Assembly (NCBI RefSeq): GCF_035565855.1
Contig: NZ_DATMRX010000347.1
Location: 1-62,259, forward strand
From: Pseudorhodoplanes sp.
GTDB taxonomy: Bacteria; Pseudomonadota; Alphaproteobacteria; Rhizobiales; Xanthobacteraceae
Length of the DNA stretch: 62,259 bases
Reading direction: 5' to 3'
The notes beneath the pieces were generated by a model. It searched no databases. It was not told where the DNA came from and saw only the letters and a program-made list of their open reading frames with translations. Positions 33,017 through 41,720 of this stretch are shown one piece after another. Numbering within the stretch: position 1 is the stretch's first letter; every line of letters starts with the position of its first letter. The position numbers and the translations under genes were made by a program.

Positions 33017-34264
33017 CTACGCCGCCGCGGTCGCGGCGGGCGCCGATGATACACGATTGAGCCAGGCGTGAATGCGCTGCGGTGACGCAATGCGATCCCA
33101 CTGGCGTTCCGGATAGTTGAAATTCTCGGTAAACTCGTCGGCCAGCGCCTTGTTCTGGCTCATCGTGCCGATCAACGCACCCAACGCTTCGGATGGCGGC
33201 TGCAGCATCAGGTTGGTCCAGCGCGAAGCGGCGAGCACGCGGTCCTGCCGGCGCATGTCGACCTTCTCGCAGAACCGCGAGTCAAGCGCGTCGGCGTTGA
33301 CGATTTCCTCGCCCAGCACGAAAGCCGCATACGAGGCCATGTTCGCGCCCTGGCCCATCATCGGGTCGACCACCGAATGCAGATCGCCGAGCGCAATCGC
33401 GCATTTGCCGCCGTCGAATTGCACGACGGTGTTGCGCACCGTCGGCACCACGCCCCCCTGCAGGAGATCCTGCGGCTGCGCGAGGTCGAAGGTTGCGGTG
33501 TCGATGCGGTCGTAGGTGGTGGGGTGATGCTTCTCCAGCTTGCCGAGCAGCACCTGCAGAAAGCGCTTGCGGTCCTGTTCGTAATTCAGCGTGGCGAGCT
33601 CCTCGAGATCGCCGCCCGGCACGTTCTCCATCAGCAGCGCGTTGGCGATACCGTCGAAGGTCAGTGTCGGGATCACGATCATCTCGCCATGACCCGGCGA
33701 AACCGAAAGCGTGACGTTCATCGGGTTGGGCTGCCGTACGCCCTTGTAGAGGCCGACGCAGAGGCGGCGCTGCGGCTGTGTGAACGGCGAGTGTTCGGGC
33801 CGATACGAGAACAGATCGCCGAGCGCGCCCTTGCCGGTGGAGACCACGAGCAGGTCGAACCGGTTCACCAGGGCGGGGATGTCGCCTTCCTCGATCTTGC
33901 GAATTTCGATCTTGCCGCCGCGGCGTTCGAAATCGTTCATCAGCGTCGGCAGATAGATGCGGTAATCGACGGCGCGGCTTGGCTTGGTGAAGTCGCCGCG
34001 GAAACGCAGCGGCTGCGGGAAGTTGAAGACGTGGTCGTGGTAGTAATAGAACAGCTTCGGATCGTCCCAGTGATGGATGCCGAGCTCGTGTTCGCGCGCA
34101 ATGGTCACGTAATGATGCGCGACGGTATTGAGCAGACGTGAATTGCGATAATCCTCCGCCGGCCGGTCGGTGATGATGGTCGCATCGACCCCGTGCTTCT
34201 GCAGATACAACGCGAGATGAAGGCCGCCGACGCCGGCGCCGACAATTCCGATCGAGCGCTTCAC
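33017..34264 (-). CDS. styrene/indole monooxygenase oxygenase subunit (StyA-like, group E flavoprotein)
   Basis: IGIVGAGVGGLHL, RLLNTVAHH, SRAVDYRIY, LVVSTGKG, GD...DPMMGQGANMAS; GTG start with GGGAGG RBS. Confidence 0.9.
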   Translation of the reverse strand: MKRSIGIVGAGVGGLHLALYLQKHGVDATIITDRPAEDYRNSRLLNTVAHHYVTIAREHELGIHHWDDPKLFYYYHDHVFNFPQPLRFRGDFTKPSRAVDYRIYLPTLMNDFERRGGKIEIRKIEEGDIPALVNRFDLLVVSTGKGALGDLFSYRPEHSPFTQPQRRLCVGLYKGVRQPNPMNVTLSVSPGHGEMIVIPTLTFDGIANALLMENVPGGDLEELATLNYEQDRKRFLQVLLGKLEKHHPTTYDRIDTATFDLAQPQDLLQGGVVPTVRNTVVQFDGGKCAIALGDLHSVVDPMMGQGANMASYAAFVLGEEIVNADALDSRFCEKVDMRRQDRVLAASRWTNLMLQPPSEALGALIGTMSQNKALADEFTENFNYPERQWDRIASPQRIHAWLNRVSSAPAATAAA

Positions 34265-34325
34265 AATAACCCTCCCATATTCAGATTTTTGATTGTTGTG
34301 GCCAAGTTTACGGCAGCGCCGGGCC

Positions 34326-34371
34326 TTCCGTATACGGAATGAACAGAATAAGATTTATTCCGGATGGGAAT
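34326..34371. promoter_or_regulatory. putative LysR binding sites (two TTCC...GGAA dyads, T-N11-A)
   Basis: ttccgtatacggaa (34326-34339) and attccggatgggaat (34357-34371) in the divergent styA/lysR intergenic region. Confidence 0.6.
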
Positions 34372-34379
34372 TATCGGCG

Positions 34380-35273
34380 ATGGATCGGATCGACTGCCTG
34401 AAGGCTTTCGTCAGGGCGATGGAGGGCGGCAGCTTCTCCGCGGCAGCAAAGGAATTGGGCCTTGGCCAGCCGGCGGTGAGCAAGCGCATCGCGCTTCTCG
34501 AAGCGGAATTCGGATCGCAATTGTTCATGCGCACCACGCGCAAGCTCACACCGACCCGTGAGGCACACCGGGTCTATGATCTCGCGCGTCAGGTGCTCGA
34601 CACCTTTGAGGCGGCGCGCGCCAGCATCCGCGAAGCGCCGGCGCGCCCGGCCGGCACCTTGCGCATCAGCGTGCCGTCGTCTTTCGGTCGGCATTACCTG
34701 ATGCCCCTGGTGCGCGACTATGCGCGCCATTATCCCGACGTGAAACTCGATCTGCGCTTCGACGAGCGCACGATCAATCTGGTCGAGGAGGGGATCGAAC
34801 TTGCGCTGCGCATCGGCCAGCTCGAATCAAGCTCGCTGATGGCGCGGCGCATCGGTACGGTGCGCCGTTATCTCGTGGCGACGCCTGCTTATCTGCGAGA
34901 GCATGGCGCGCCCCGCAATCCTGACGATCTGCACGATCATCAATGCATCGCCTATGCACGGCTGGCGCCGGCCAATCAATGGACGTTCGAGTCCGACGAT
35001 GGCCGGCATGTGGTGACGATATCCGGTCCGGTGATGGTCGACGACGCCGATGCGATGAAGGAGGCGGTGTTGCAGCATCTCGGCATCGCTATCGTGCCGG
35101 CCTGGTGCGCAGCGGAGAGCATCCGGCGCGGGCAGATGAAGGCACTCTTGCCGGATTACACGGTCTCGTCGCTGCCGTTACATGTGGTTTATCCGGAGAC
35201 GCACTGGATGTCGGCGCGGGCCCGCAGCTTTCTGGATTTCATCGCCGCACGGTCGGAGCTGTTCAACGGCTAG
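34380..35273 (+). CDS. LysR family transcriptional regulator
   Basis: GSFSAAAKELGLGQPAVSKRIALLE...LFMRTTR; start at ATG 34380. Confidence 0.96.
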   Translation: MDRIDCLKAFVRAMEGGSFSAAAKELGLGQPAVSKRIALLEAEFGSQLFMRTTRKLTPTREAHRVYDLARQVLDTFEAARASIREAPARPAGTLRISVPSSFGRHYLMPLVRDYARHYPDVKLDLRFDERTINLVEEGIELALRIGQLESSSLMARRIGTVRRYLVATPAYLREHGAPRNPDDLHDHQCIAYARLAPANQWTFESDDGRHVVTISGPVMVDDADAMKEAVLQHLGIAIVPAWCAAESIRRGQMKALLPDYTVSSLPLHVVYPETHWMSARARSFLDFIAARSELFNG

Positions 35274-35857
35274 GCCGCAGCCTTGTCCGGAAACCGGCTC
35301 TTCAGGTCCGCCTTCACAATGCGGAGAATCTCGCGCGCAAGGTCCGGATCGTCGACTGAGCGCGCCAGCACCAGCGCTCCGACCATTTCCGAAAAGACTG
35401 CAATGGACGCAGCGCGGCGGCGGCTGCGCAAAGCGGCCGGGAGAAGTCCTGCGAGAATGCCGGTGAGCGAACGGAAGCCGTCTGCGAAAGCCCGTCTCAC
35501 ATCGCCGCTGCGACGTGAGCCCTCCGGGGCCAGCGCCGCGAACATGCAGGCCGGACCGGGCTCCGCAAGCTTTGCCTCGTCGAGATAGCGGTCGATCAAA
35601 GCCGCGAAGGGCTTGTCGGCATCGCCGGTGATCGATGTCCAGGCTGCACCGGAGCGCGCGAGGGCGTGCTGCACCGCCAGAGACACGAGATCGTCCTTCG
35701 ACTTGAAATGCCCGTAGAAGCCGCCATGCGTCAGCCCGGCGGCGGTCATCAATTCGGCGACGCTGATGCCGTCGAAACCCTTCTGGCGGAACAGCCGGCT
35801 CGCGGCGTCGATGATGCGTTCGTGATTGGCTTCGGCTTCCTCGCGGCTGACCTTCAT
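35270..35857 (-). CDS. TetR/AcrR family transcriptional regulator
   Basis: AASRLFRQKGFDGISVAELMTAAGLTHGGFYGHFKSK; GGAGG RBS. Confidence 0.95.
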   Translation of the reverse strand: MKVSREEAEANHERIIDAASRLFRQKGFDGISVAELMTAAGLTHGGFYGHFKSKDDLVSLAVQHALARSGAAWTSITGDADKPFAALIDRYLDEAKLAEPGPACMFAALAPEGSRRSGDVRRAFADGFRSLTGILAGLLPAALRSRRRAASIAVFSEMVGALVLARSVDDPDLAREILRIVKADLKSRFPDKAAA

Positions 35858-35890
35858 TCGCTTTCCTCCCGGCGCGGGTTGACTTTTTAT

Positions 35891-35933
35891 ATGACATGTA
35901 ACATGAATAGGCAACTTAAATGATGTTTATCAT
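35891..35933. promoter_or_regulatory. putative TetR operators
   Basis: atgacatgtaacat (35891-35904) and atgatgtttatcat (35920-35933) dyads in an AT-rich divergent promoter. Confidence 0.55.
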
Positions 35934-35976
35934 ATAACAGCACCGGCGCGAAGCCGGCTTTGCCGGAGGTCCTGCC

Positions 35977-37284
35977 ATGTTCGCCTCGCGTTTCGTGCCG
36001 GTCATGGCACGCTGGAACATCCATTACGGCTGGGTGGTGGTCGGAGCGACGTTCCTCACCATGCTGGTGACCGCTGGCGCGCTCGGGGCGCCGGGCGTGT
36101 TGATGGTGCCTTTGCAAAAGGAATTCGGCTGGGATGCCGCGCAGATTTCGTCCGCGCTCGCGATCCGCTTCGTCCTGTTCGGAGCGCTGGCGCCATTTGC
36201 GGCGGCTCTTCTCAATCATTTCGGTTTGCGCCGCATGGCCTCCGGCGCGCTGGTGGTGATCGCGGCAGCCCTCTTGCTTTCGCTCGGGATGACGCAGATC
36301 TGGCAGCTCGTGCTGCTGTGGGGCCTGCTGCTTGGCGTGGCGACCGGCATCACCGCCATGGTTCTCGGCGCAACGGTCGCGACGCGGTGGTTCACGCAGC
36401 AGCGCGGACTCGCCGTCGGCATCCTGTCGGCGAGTTCGGCATCGGGCCAGCTCTTGTTCCTGCCGGCGCTGGCCAGCATCACCGATCATCACGGCTGGCG
36501 CATCACGCTCGTGGTGGTCGCGCTGGCGCTCGTGGTGACGGCTGTCGTCGCGGTGGTGTTTCTGGTCGATCGCCCGTCCGATGTCGGATTGCCGCCCTAT
36601 GGCGACAGCAAGGTGGCACCGCCCGTCGTCGAGAAGCCCAGCCTTTGGCTGGTAATGAAGGACCCGATCCTTGTTCTGGCCGATGCAGCGAAGGTACCGG
36701 TCTTCTGGATCCTGTTCGCAACCTTTTTCATCTGCGGCGCGTCCACGGTCGGACTCATCCAGACGCATTTCATCGCGATGTGCGGCGATTTCGGAATCGT
36801 TCCGGTGGGCGCCGCCGCCGTGCTCGCCGCAATGGGCGCGTTCGATTTCCTTGGGACCGTCGGCTCGGGCTGGCTCTCGGATCGCCTCGACAATCGCTGG
36901 CTGCTGTTCTGGTATTACGGTCTGCGCGGGCTTTCGCTGGTCTTTCTGCCGTTCACGTCGTTCTCGTTCTACGCGCTGTCGCTGTTTGCGATCTTCTACG
37001 GCCTCGACTGGCTGGCGACGGTGCCGCCGACCGTGCGGCTGACGGTCGAACGGTTCGGGCGCGAGCGCGCCAACATCGTGTTCGGCTGGGTATTCGCGGG
37101 GCATCAGCTTGGCGCGGCCGCCGCGGCATTGGGCGGCGGGATGAGCCGGACGCTGCTCGCGAGCTATTTGCCGGCCTTCTTCATCGCCGGCGCATTGTGC
37201 CTCGTCGCTGCGGCTTTGGTGCTGCTCATCCGCAAGGACGCCCCCGGCGCGGTGGCGCCGCCGCATCCGGTCCCGGCCGAATAA
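35977..37284 (+). CDS. MFS transporter
   Basis: About 12 hydrophobic segments; HYGWVVV, RWF...RGLAVG, GWLSDR; GGAGG RBS. Confidence 0.93.
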   Translation: MFASRFVPVMARWNIHYGWVVVGATFLTMLVTAGALGAPGVLMVPLQKEFGWDAAQISSALAIRFVLFGALAPFAAALLNHFGLRRMASGALVVIAAALLLSLGMTQIWQLVLLWGLLLGVATGITAMVLGATVATRWFTQQRGLAVGILSASSASGQLLFLPALASITDHHGWRITLVVVALALVVTAVVAVVFLVDRPSDVGLPPYGDSKVAPPVVEKPSLWLVMKDPILVLADAAKVPVFWILFATFFICGASTVGLIQTHFIAMCGDFGIVPVGAAAVLAAMGAFDFLGTVGSGWLSDRLDNRWLLFWYYGLRGLSLVFLPFTSFSFYALSLFAIFYGLDWLATVPPTVRLTVERFGRERANIVFGWVFAGHQLGAAAAALGGGMSRTLLASYLPAFFIAGALCLVAAALVLLIRKDAPGAVAPPHPVPAE

Positions 37285-37361
37285 CGGCGGACCGCAAGCG
37301 GTTGCGACGGCCCGCACCAGGGGCCATTTATGGGGGGCGCCGCCATGTTGGGGAGCTTGCC

Positions 37362-37712
37362 ATGTCCCGCACCCGCGAGATTGACGCGTTCCTGAAAGCC
37401 GCCGCCGACGAGCGGACGGTGCGGGCCGGATTTTGGCCGAAGCTGGCCAGGCTGGCCGGCAAGCTGCCCTTCGCCGAGGATCTGCTGGCCGCCTATTACT
37501 GCGCCTTCGACCAAAACACGCCGAGCCAGGTGCGCTTTATCCTATTGGGCGCGCTCGCCTATTTCGTGATGCCGATCGATGTGGTGCCGGACCTGCTGCC
37601 GCTGTTCGGCTTTGCCGATGACGCCGCGATCCTCGCCGCTGCGCTCAAGGCCGTGTCGGACGCCATCCGCCCTGAGCACAGGGAAGCCGCGCGCCGGGCG
37701 CTGGCGGATTAG
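37362..37712 (+). CDS. YkvA/DUF1232 family protein
   Basis: GALAYFVMPIDVVPDLLPLFGFADD; ATG 37362 with GGGGAG RBS (3' part of the 36318..37712 frame). Confidence 0.9.
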   Translation: MSRTREIDAFLKAAADERTVRAGFWPKLARLAGKLPFAEDLLAAYYCAFDQNTPSQVRFILLGALAYFVMPIDVVPDLLPLFGFADDAAILAAALKAVSDAIRPEHREAARRALAD

Positions 37713-37905
37713 CGCTTGGGGGCTCTCTGCGGATCGCCTCGGCTTCTAGTCTTTTGCCAGGCGAGAGCTGCTCTTTCGTGACGAGAAATTCACACGGTGC
37801 CGTGAACGACGATCTCGTCCGCTGAGGCTTTGAACCGGATCGGGGCGGGGCGCGACTGATGTGCAGGACGCGATAACCGCATCCGGTCACACAGGAGAGA
37901 AACCC

Positions 37906-38115
37906 ATGTTCCGCAAGACCATCCTCGGCCTCGCCGCTGGTGCCGCCCTCGTCACTGCCGCTCTCGCGCCGACCGCCGCTTCCGCCCACTATTATGGCGG
38001 CTATGGCTACAAGTCCTACTACAAGCCGTACTACGGTTACTCGTACAAGTGCTACGACTGCGGTTACAAGCCTTACTACGGCTACCGCTCGTACTACGGC
38101 GGTTACGGCTACTAA
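37906..38115 (+). CDS. small secreted Tyr/Gly-rich protein
   Basis: AGGAGA RBS; signal peptide MFRKTILGLAAGAALVTAALAPTAASA; host-like codon bias; followed by a terminator. Confidence 0.85.
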   Translation: MFRKTILGLAAGAALVTAALAPTAASAHYYGGYGYKSYYKPYYGYSYKCYDCGYKPYYGYRSYYGGYGY

Positions 38116-38163
38116 ATCGCTCTTCGGGCTCACCTGTGTGACCCGGCGCCGTTCACGGCAGCC

Positions 38164-38199
38164 AACCCGGTCTCCGCAAGGAGGCCGGGTTTCGCGTTT
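38164..38199 (+). terminator. Rho-independent terminator
   Basis: aacccggtctcc-gcaa-ggaggccgggtt followed by tcgcgttt. Confidence 0.7.
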
Positions 38200-38209
38200 C
38201 CGGCACGAA

Positions 38210-39184
38210 TTACGGCTTCAAAATCGCCTTGCCCATGATCTTGCGCGCGGCGATGTCCTTCAGCGCCTGCGCCGTCTCGCTCAGCGGATAGACCGCGTGC
38301 ACATGCGCTGACAATTTCCCCTGGGCGCACCATTCGACGATCTGGCTCATGTTGCGCGCTTGCGCCTGCGGGTCGCGATTGACGAACACCCCCCAATGCA
38401 CGCCGACGACGTCGCAGCCTTTCAGCAGCACGAGGTTCAGTGGGATTTTCGGTATCTCGCCGGCGGCGAAACCGATCACGAGATAGCGGCCCTCCCATGC
38501 CATCGCCCGCAAGGCAGGCTCGGCATATTTGTCGCCCACGGGATCGTAGATCACGTCGATGCCATGCGTGCCGCCGAGCCGCTTCAGCTCGGCGCGCAGA
38601 TCGTTCGCGGTGTAATTGATCGTCTCGTCGGCGCCGTGCTTTTTCGCGAACGCGCATTTCTCGTCCGATGAGGCACAGGCAATCACCCGGGCGCCCATCA
38701 GCTTGCCGATCTCGATCGCCGCAAGCCCCGTCCCGCCGGCGGCGCCGAGGACAGCCAGCGTCTCCCCCGGTTGCAGCTTGGCCCGATCCTTAAGGGCGTG
38801 GAACGTGGTGCCATAGGTGACGGAGAGTCCTGCCGCGCGTTCGAGGTCGAGATTGTCCGGCACCTTCACCAGACGGTCGGCTTTCTGCACGTAGAATTCC
38901 CGCGCCGCGCCATAGGCAGAGTAACTCATCACCCGGTCGCCGACCTTGAAGTCCGTGACACCCGGTCCCGTGGCATGAACGGTTCCGGCGAATTCGGCTG
39001 CTGGCGAGAATGGGAAATCCGGCTTGACCTGATATTTGCCGGCGATCAGCAGCGTATCGAAAAAGTTCAGAGCCGCCGCGGCGACCTTCACCACCACTTC
39101 GCCGTCGCCCGGCTTCGGCTCCGGCAGGTCGGCGAGTTCGAGGTCATCGGGCCCGCCATAGCGGCGGCAAAGGATGGCTTTCAT
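38210..39184 (-). CDS. NADPH:quinone oxidoreductase family (MDR)
   Basis: LNFFDTLLIAGKYQ, GETLAVLGAAGGTG, YDPVG, VIGFAAG. Confidence 0.93.
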   Translation of the reverse strand: MKAILCRRYGGPDDLELADLPEPKPGDGEVVVKVAAAALNFFDTLLIAGKYQVKPDFPFSPAAEFAGTVHATGPGVTDFKVGDRVMSYSAYGAAREFYVQKADRLVKVPDNLDLERAAGLSVTYGTTFHALKDRAKLQPGETLAVLGAAGGTGLAAIEIGKLMGARVIACASSDEKCAFAKKHGADETINYTANDLRAELKRLGGTHGIDVIYDPVGDKYAEPALRAMAWEGRYLVIGFAAGEIPKIPLNLVLLKGCDVVGVHWGVFVNRDPQAQARNMSQIVEWCAQGKLSAHVHAVYPLSETAQALKDIAARKIMGKAILKP

Positions 39185-39360
39185 GGACCGGCCTTTCGCG
39201 GACTGCGACCAATGTGCACAGCGGGCATAGTCGGGCCCGTCGTGCCATGACATCGCCGATTTTCACTTATTATTACAAACGCTCGCTTGTGCTAGGCCCC
39301 TTGCGCCCGTGGCAATGTGCTAGCCTTTTGTCGCCAACTCCGAAACGTCCGGGTTCCGCG

Positions 39361-39900
39361 ATGCGCTGTCTCTCTCGCCTTGGTGTCCTGAGCTTGCCGG
39401 CCACGCTGATGCTGCTGCTGGCCGGTGGTGCATTCGAATCGGCCAAAGCGCAGTCGGCCGCCCAGCTGATCGCCGAATTCGGCGATTGGGGCGCCTATAC
39501 GGCCGCGCCGGGCGGCAAGAAGATCTGCTTCGCTCTCGCCAAGCCCGCCTCGTCCGAGACCAGTCCGCCGAATCGCCCGCGCGACCCGGCTTGGCTGTTC
39601 GTGTCCACCCGTCCAGCCGAAAAGGTGCGTGAAGAGGTTTCGGTGATCTTCGGTTATCCGCTGAAGGCGAACAGCGACGCCACGGTGGAAATCGGCTCGA
39701 CCAATTTCGCCATGTATACGCAGAATGACGGAGCCTGGGTGAAGAACGCCGCCGAGGAGGCGCGCCTTGTAGAGGCAATGCGCAAGGGCACCGAAATCAC
39801 CGTGAAAGGCGAATCCAGCCGCGGCACCAGGACCATCGACAAGTTCTCGCTGAAGGGAGTCGTCCAGGCGCTGGACCGCGCTGCGCAGGAGTGCAGGTAA
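39361..39900 (+). CDS. invasion-associated locus B (IalB) family protein
   Basis: Signal peptide; FGDWGAY...KICFA...AMRKG...FSLKG...C; usual neighbour upstream of rlmN. Confidence 0.8.
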   Translation: MRCLSRLGVLSLPATLMLLLAGGAFESAKAQSAAQLIAEFGDWGAYTAAPGGKKICFALAKPASSETSPPNRPRDPAWLFVSTRPAEKVREEVSVIFGYPLKANSDATVEIGSTNFAMYTQNDGAWVKNAAEEARLVEAMRKGTEITVKGESSRGTRTIDKFSLKGVVQALDRAAQECR

Positions 39901-39939
39901 GGCTGGCGAATAAGGCCCCCGGCCCGATTTTCGGACTCT

Positions 39940-39960
39940 CTTCCCCCTCCACGGGGGAGG
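39940..39960. repeat. single CCCTC/GAGG-type hairpin
   Basis: cttccccctccacgggggagg matches the terminal hairpin of the 41586-41698 element. Confidence 0.6.
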
Positions 39961-39978
39961 TAAGCGTCTCTCAACGCG

Positions 39979-40343
39979 GTCATTGCCGGGCTTGACCCGG
40001 CAATCCATCATTGAGAAATGGCCTTTTGGGTCTATATCCTCGCCAGCAGGCCCGGCGGGACGATCTGTGTCGGCGTGACCAACGACTTGGTGCGCCGAAC
40101 CTATGAACACCGAAACGGCTTGGTTGAGGGCTTCACGCGGCGATACGGCGTGAAGCGTTTGGTCCATTTCGAGCATTACGACGATCCGGCCACGGCCATT
40201 CAGCGTGAAAAGAACATCAAGCATTGGTCGCGAGAATGGAAGATCGATCTCATTGTTGCGTCGAACCCGGAATGGCGTGATCTGTATGATGACGTTGCAT
40301 CGTGACGAAGAGGATGGATGCCCGGGTCAAGCCCGGGCATGAC
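39979..40343. mobile_element. putative REP-bounded GIY-YIG nuclease cassette
   Basis: 31-bp inverted REP units at 39979-40009 and 40313-40343 (27/31 identical) enclose a single nuclease ORF; mobility is inferred. Confidence 0.6.
40018..40305 (+). CDS. GIY-YIG nuclease family protein (small, stand-alone)
   Basis: WVYIL...TICVGVTNDLVRRTYEH...FTRRYGVKRLVHFE...AIQREKNIKHWSREWK...NPEWRDL. Confidence 0.92.
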   Translation: MAFWVYILASRPGGTICVGVTNDLVRRTYEHRNGLVEGFTRRYGVKRLVHFEHYDDPATAIQREKNIKHWSREWKIDLIVASNPEWRDLYDDVAS

Positions 40344-40347
40344 GGAA

Positions 40348-41568
40348 ATGACCATAGCGCCCGCAATCGCCCCGCTCGAAAAGACCCCGCTCGAGGTCTA
40401 TGTCGCGCCCGACAAGCCCTCGCTGATCGGGGCGTCGCGCGCGCAGCTTGCCGACATGCTCGGCGGCATCGGCGTCCCGGAGCGCGAGCGCAAGATGCGC
40501 GCGCAGCAGATCTGGCACTGGCTCTATGTGCGCGGGGCGCAGGATTTCTCGGTGATGACCTCCATCTCCAAGGAGGTGCGCGGCGCACTGGAACAGCATT
40601 TCACGCTGGATCGGCCCGAAGTCGTCACCGAACAGGTGTCGGCCGACGGCACCCGCAAGTGGCTGTTGAAACTCGCCAGCGAGACGCCGGGCGAGCGACC
40701 GCATCTGATCGAGACGGTCTACATCCCGGAAAGCGATCGCGGCACGCTCTGCGTATCGAGCCAGGTCGGCTGCACGTTGAATTGTTCGTTCTGCCATACC
40801 GGCACGCAGCGCCTCGTGCGCAACCTCACCGCCGGCGAGATCGTCGGCCAGATCATGGTCGCGCGCGACCGGCTCGGCGATTTCCTTGGGCAAACCCGCG
40901 CCACAGGTCCCGGCCTGCCGACGGAGGGCGAGCGCTGCGTCTCCAACATCGTCATGATGGGGATGGGCGAGCCGCTCTACAATTTCGAGAATGTGCGCGA
41001 TGCGCTGCTCGTCACCATGGACGGTGACGGTCTGTCGCTGTCGAAGCGGCGCATCACGCTGTCCACTTCCGGTGTCGTGCCGAATATCGCGCGGACCGGC
41101 GCCGAGATCGGCTGCTCGCTCGCCATCTCGCTGCATGCGGTGCGGGACGACCTGCGCAATGTCCTGGTGCCGCTGAACCGCAAATACCCGATCAAGGAGC
41201 TGCTGCAGGCCTGCCGCGACTATCCGGGCGCATCCAATGCGCGGCGCATCACCTTCGAATATGTGATGCTCAAGGGCGTCAATGACTCGCTCGCCGAGGC
41301 GAAAGAACTTGTGCGCCTCCTCAAGGGTATTCCGGCGAAGATCAATCTGATCCCGTTCAATCCTTGGCCCGGCTCGCAATATGAATGCTCCGACTGGGAG
41401 CAGATCGAGAAGTTCTCGGAAGTGGTATTCAACGCCGGCTATGCCTCGCCGGTGCGTACTCCGCGCGGCCGCGACATTCTCGCCGCCTGCGGCCAGCTCA
41501 AGAGCGAGACCGAGAAGCTTTCGGCGCGCGAGCGTATGTCGCTCCGCGCCATGGCGATGACGGATTAG
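40348..41568 (+). CDS. rlmN: dual-specificity RNA methyltransferase RlmN
   Basis: [37 protein letters not shown]; start 40348 or 40339, and the MPGSSPG extension is REP-derived. Confidence 0.98.
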   Translation: MTIAPAIAPLEKTPLEVYVAPDKPSLIGASRAQLADMLGGIGVPERERKMRAQQIWHWLYVRGAQDFSVMTSISKEVRGALEQHFTLDRPEVVTEQVSADGTRKWLLKLASETPGERPHLIETVYIPESDRGTLCVSSQVGCTLNCSFCHTGTQRLVRNLTAGEIVGQIMVARDRLGDFLGQTRATGPGLPTEGERCVSNIVMMGMGEPLYNFENVRDALLVTMDGDGLSLSKRRITLSTSGVVPNIARTGAEIGCSLAISLHAVRDDLRNVLVPLNRKYPIKELLQACRDYPGASNARRITFEYVMLKGVNDSLAEAKELVRLLKGIPAKINLIPFNPWPGSQYECSDWEQIEKFSEVVFNAGYASPVRTPRGRDILAACGQLKSETEKLSARERMSLRAMAMTD

Positions 41569-41585
41569 CTTTTTTTCCTTCCTTC

Positions 41586-41698
41586 ACTTCCCCCTGAAAG
41601 GGGGAGGTCGACTTGCGAGGCAAGCCGGGTGGGGGTCGTCTTGCCTCTTACGACATTCTTGTGCTGACCCCCTCCCCAGCCCTCTTTCAGGGGAGGGA
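41586..41698. repeat. CCCTC/GAGG-type composite palindromic element
   Basis: acttccccctgaaagggggaggt...gggtgggggtc...gaccccctcccc...ccctctttcaggggaggga. Confidence 0.8.
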
Positions 41699-41720
41699 GT
41701 GACTATTGCCCGTCAAGACG

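Noticed and set aside
36318-37361. N-terminal ~350 aa of the 464-aa ORF ending at 37712
   Set aside because: Off-frame overlap with the MFS gene; only the DUF1232 part from ATG 37362, which has an RBS, is credible.
40318-40347. [11 protein letters not shown]-terminal extension of RlmN
   Set aside because: Mostly a translation of the REP hairpin; RlmN-like sequence begins after it.
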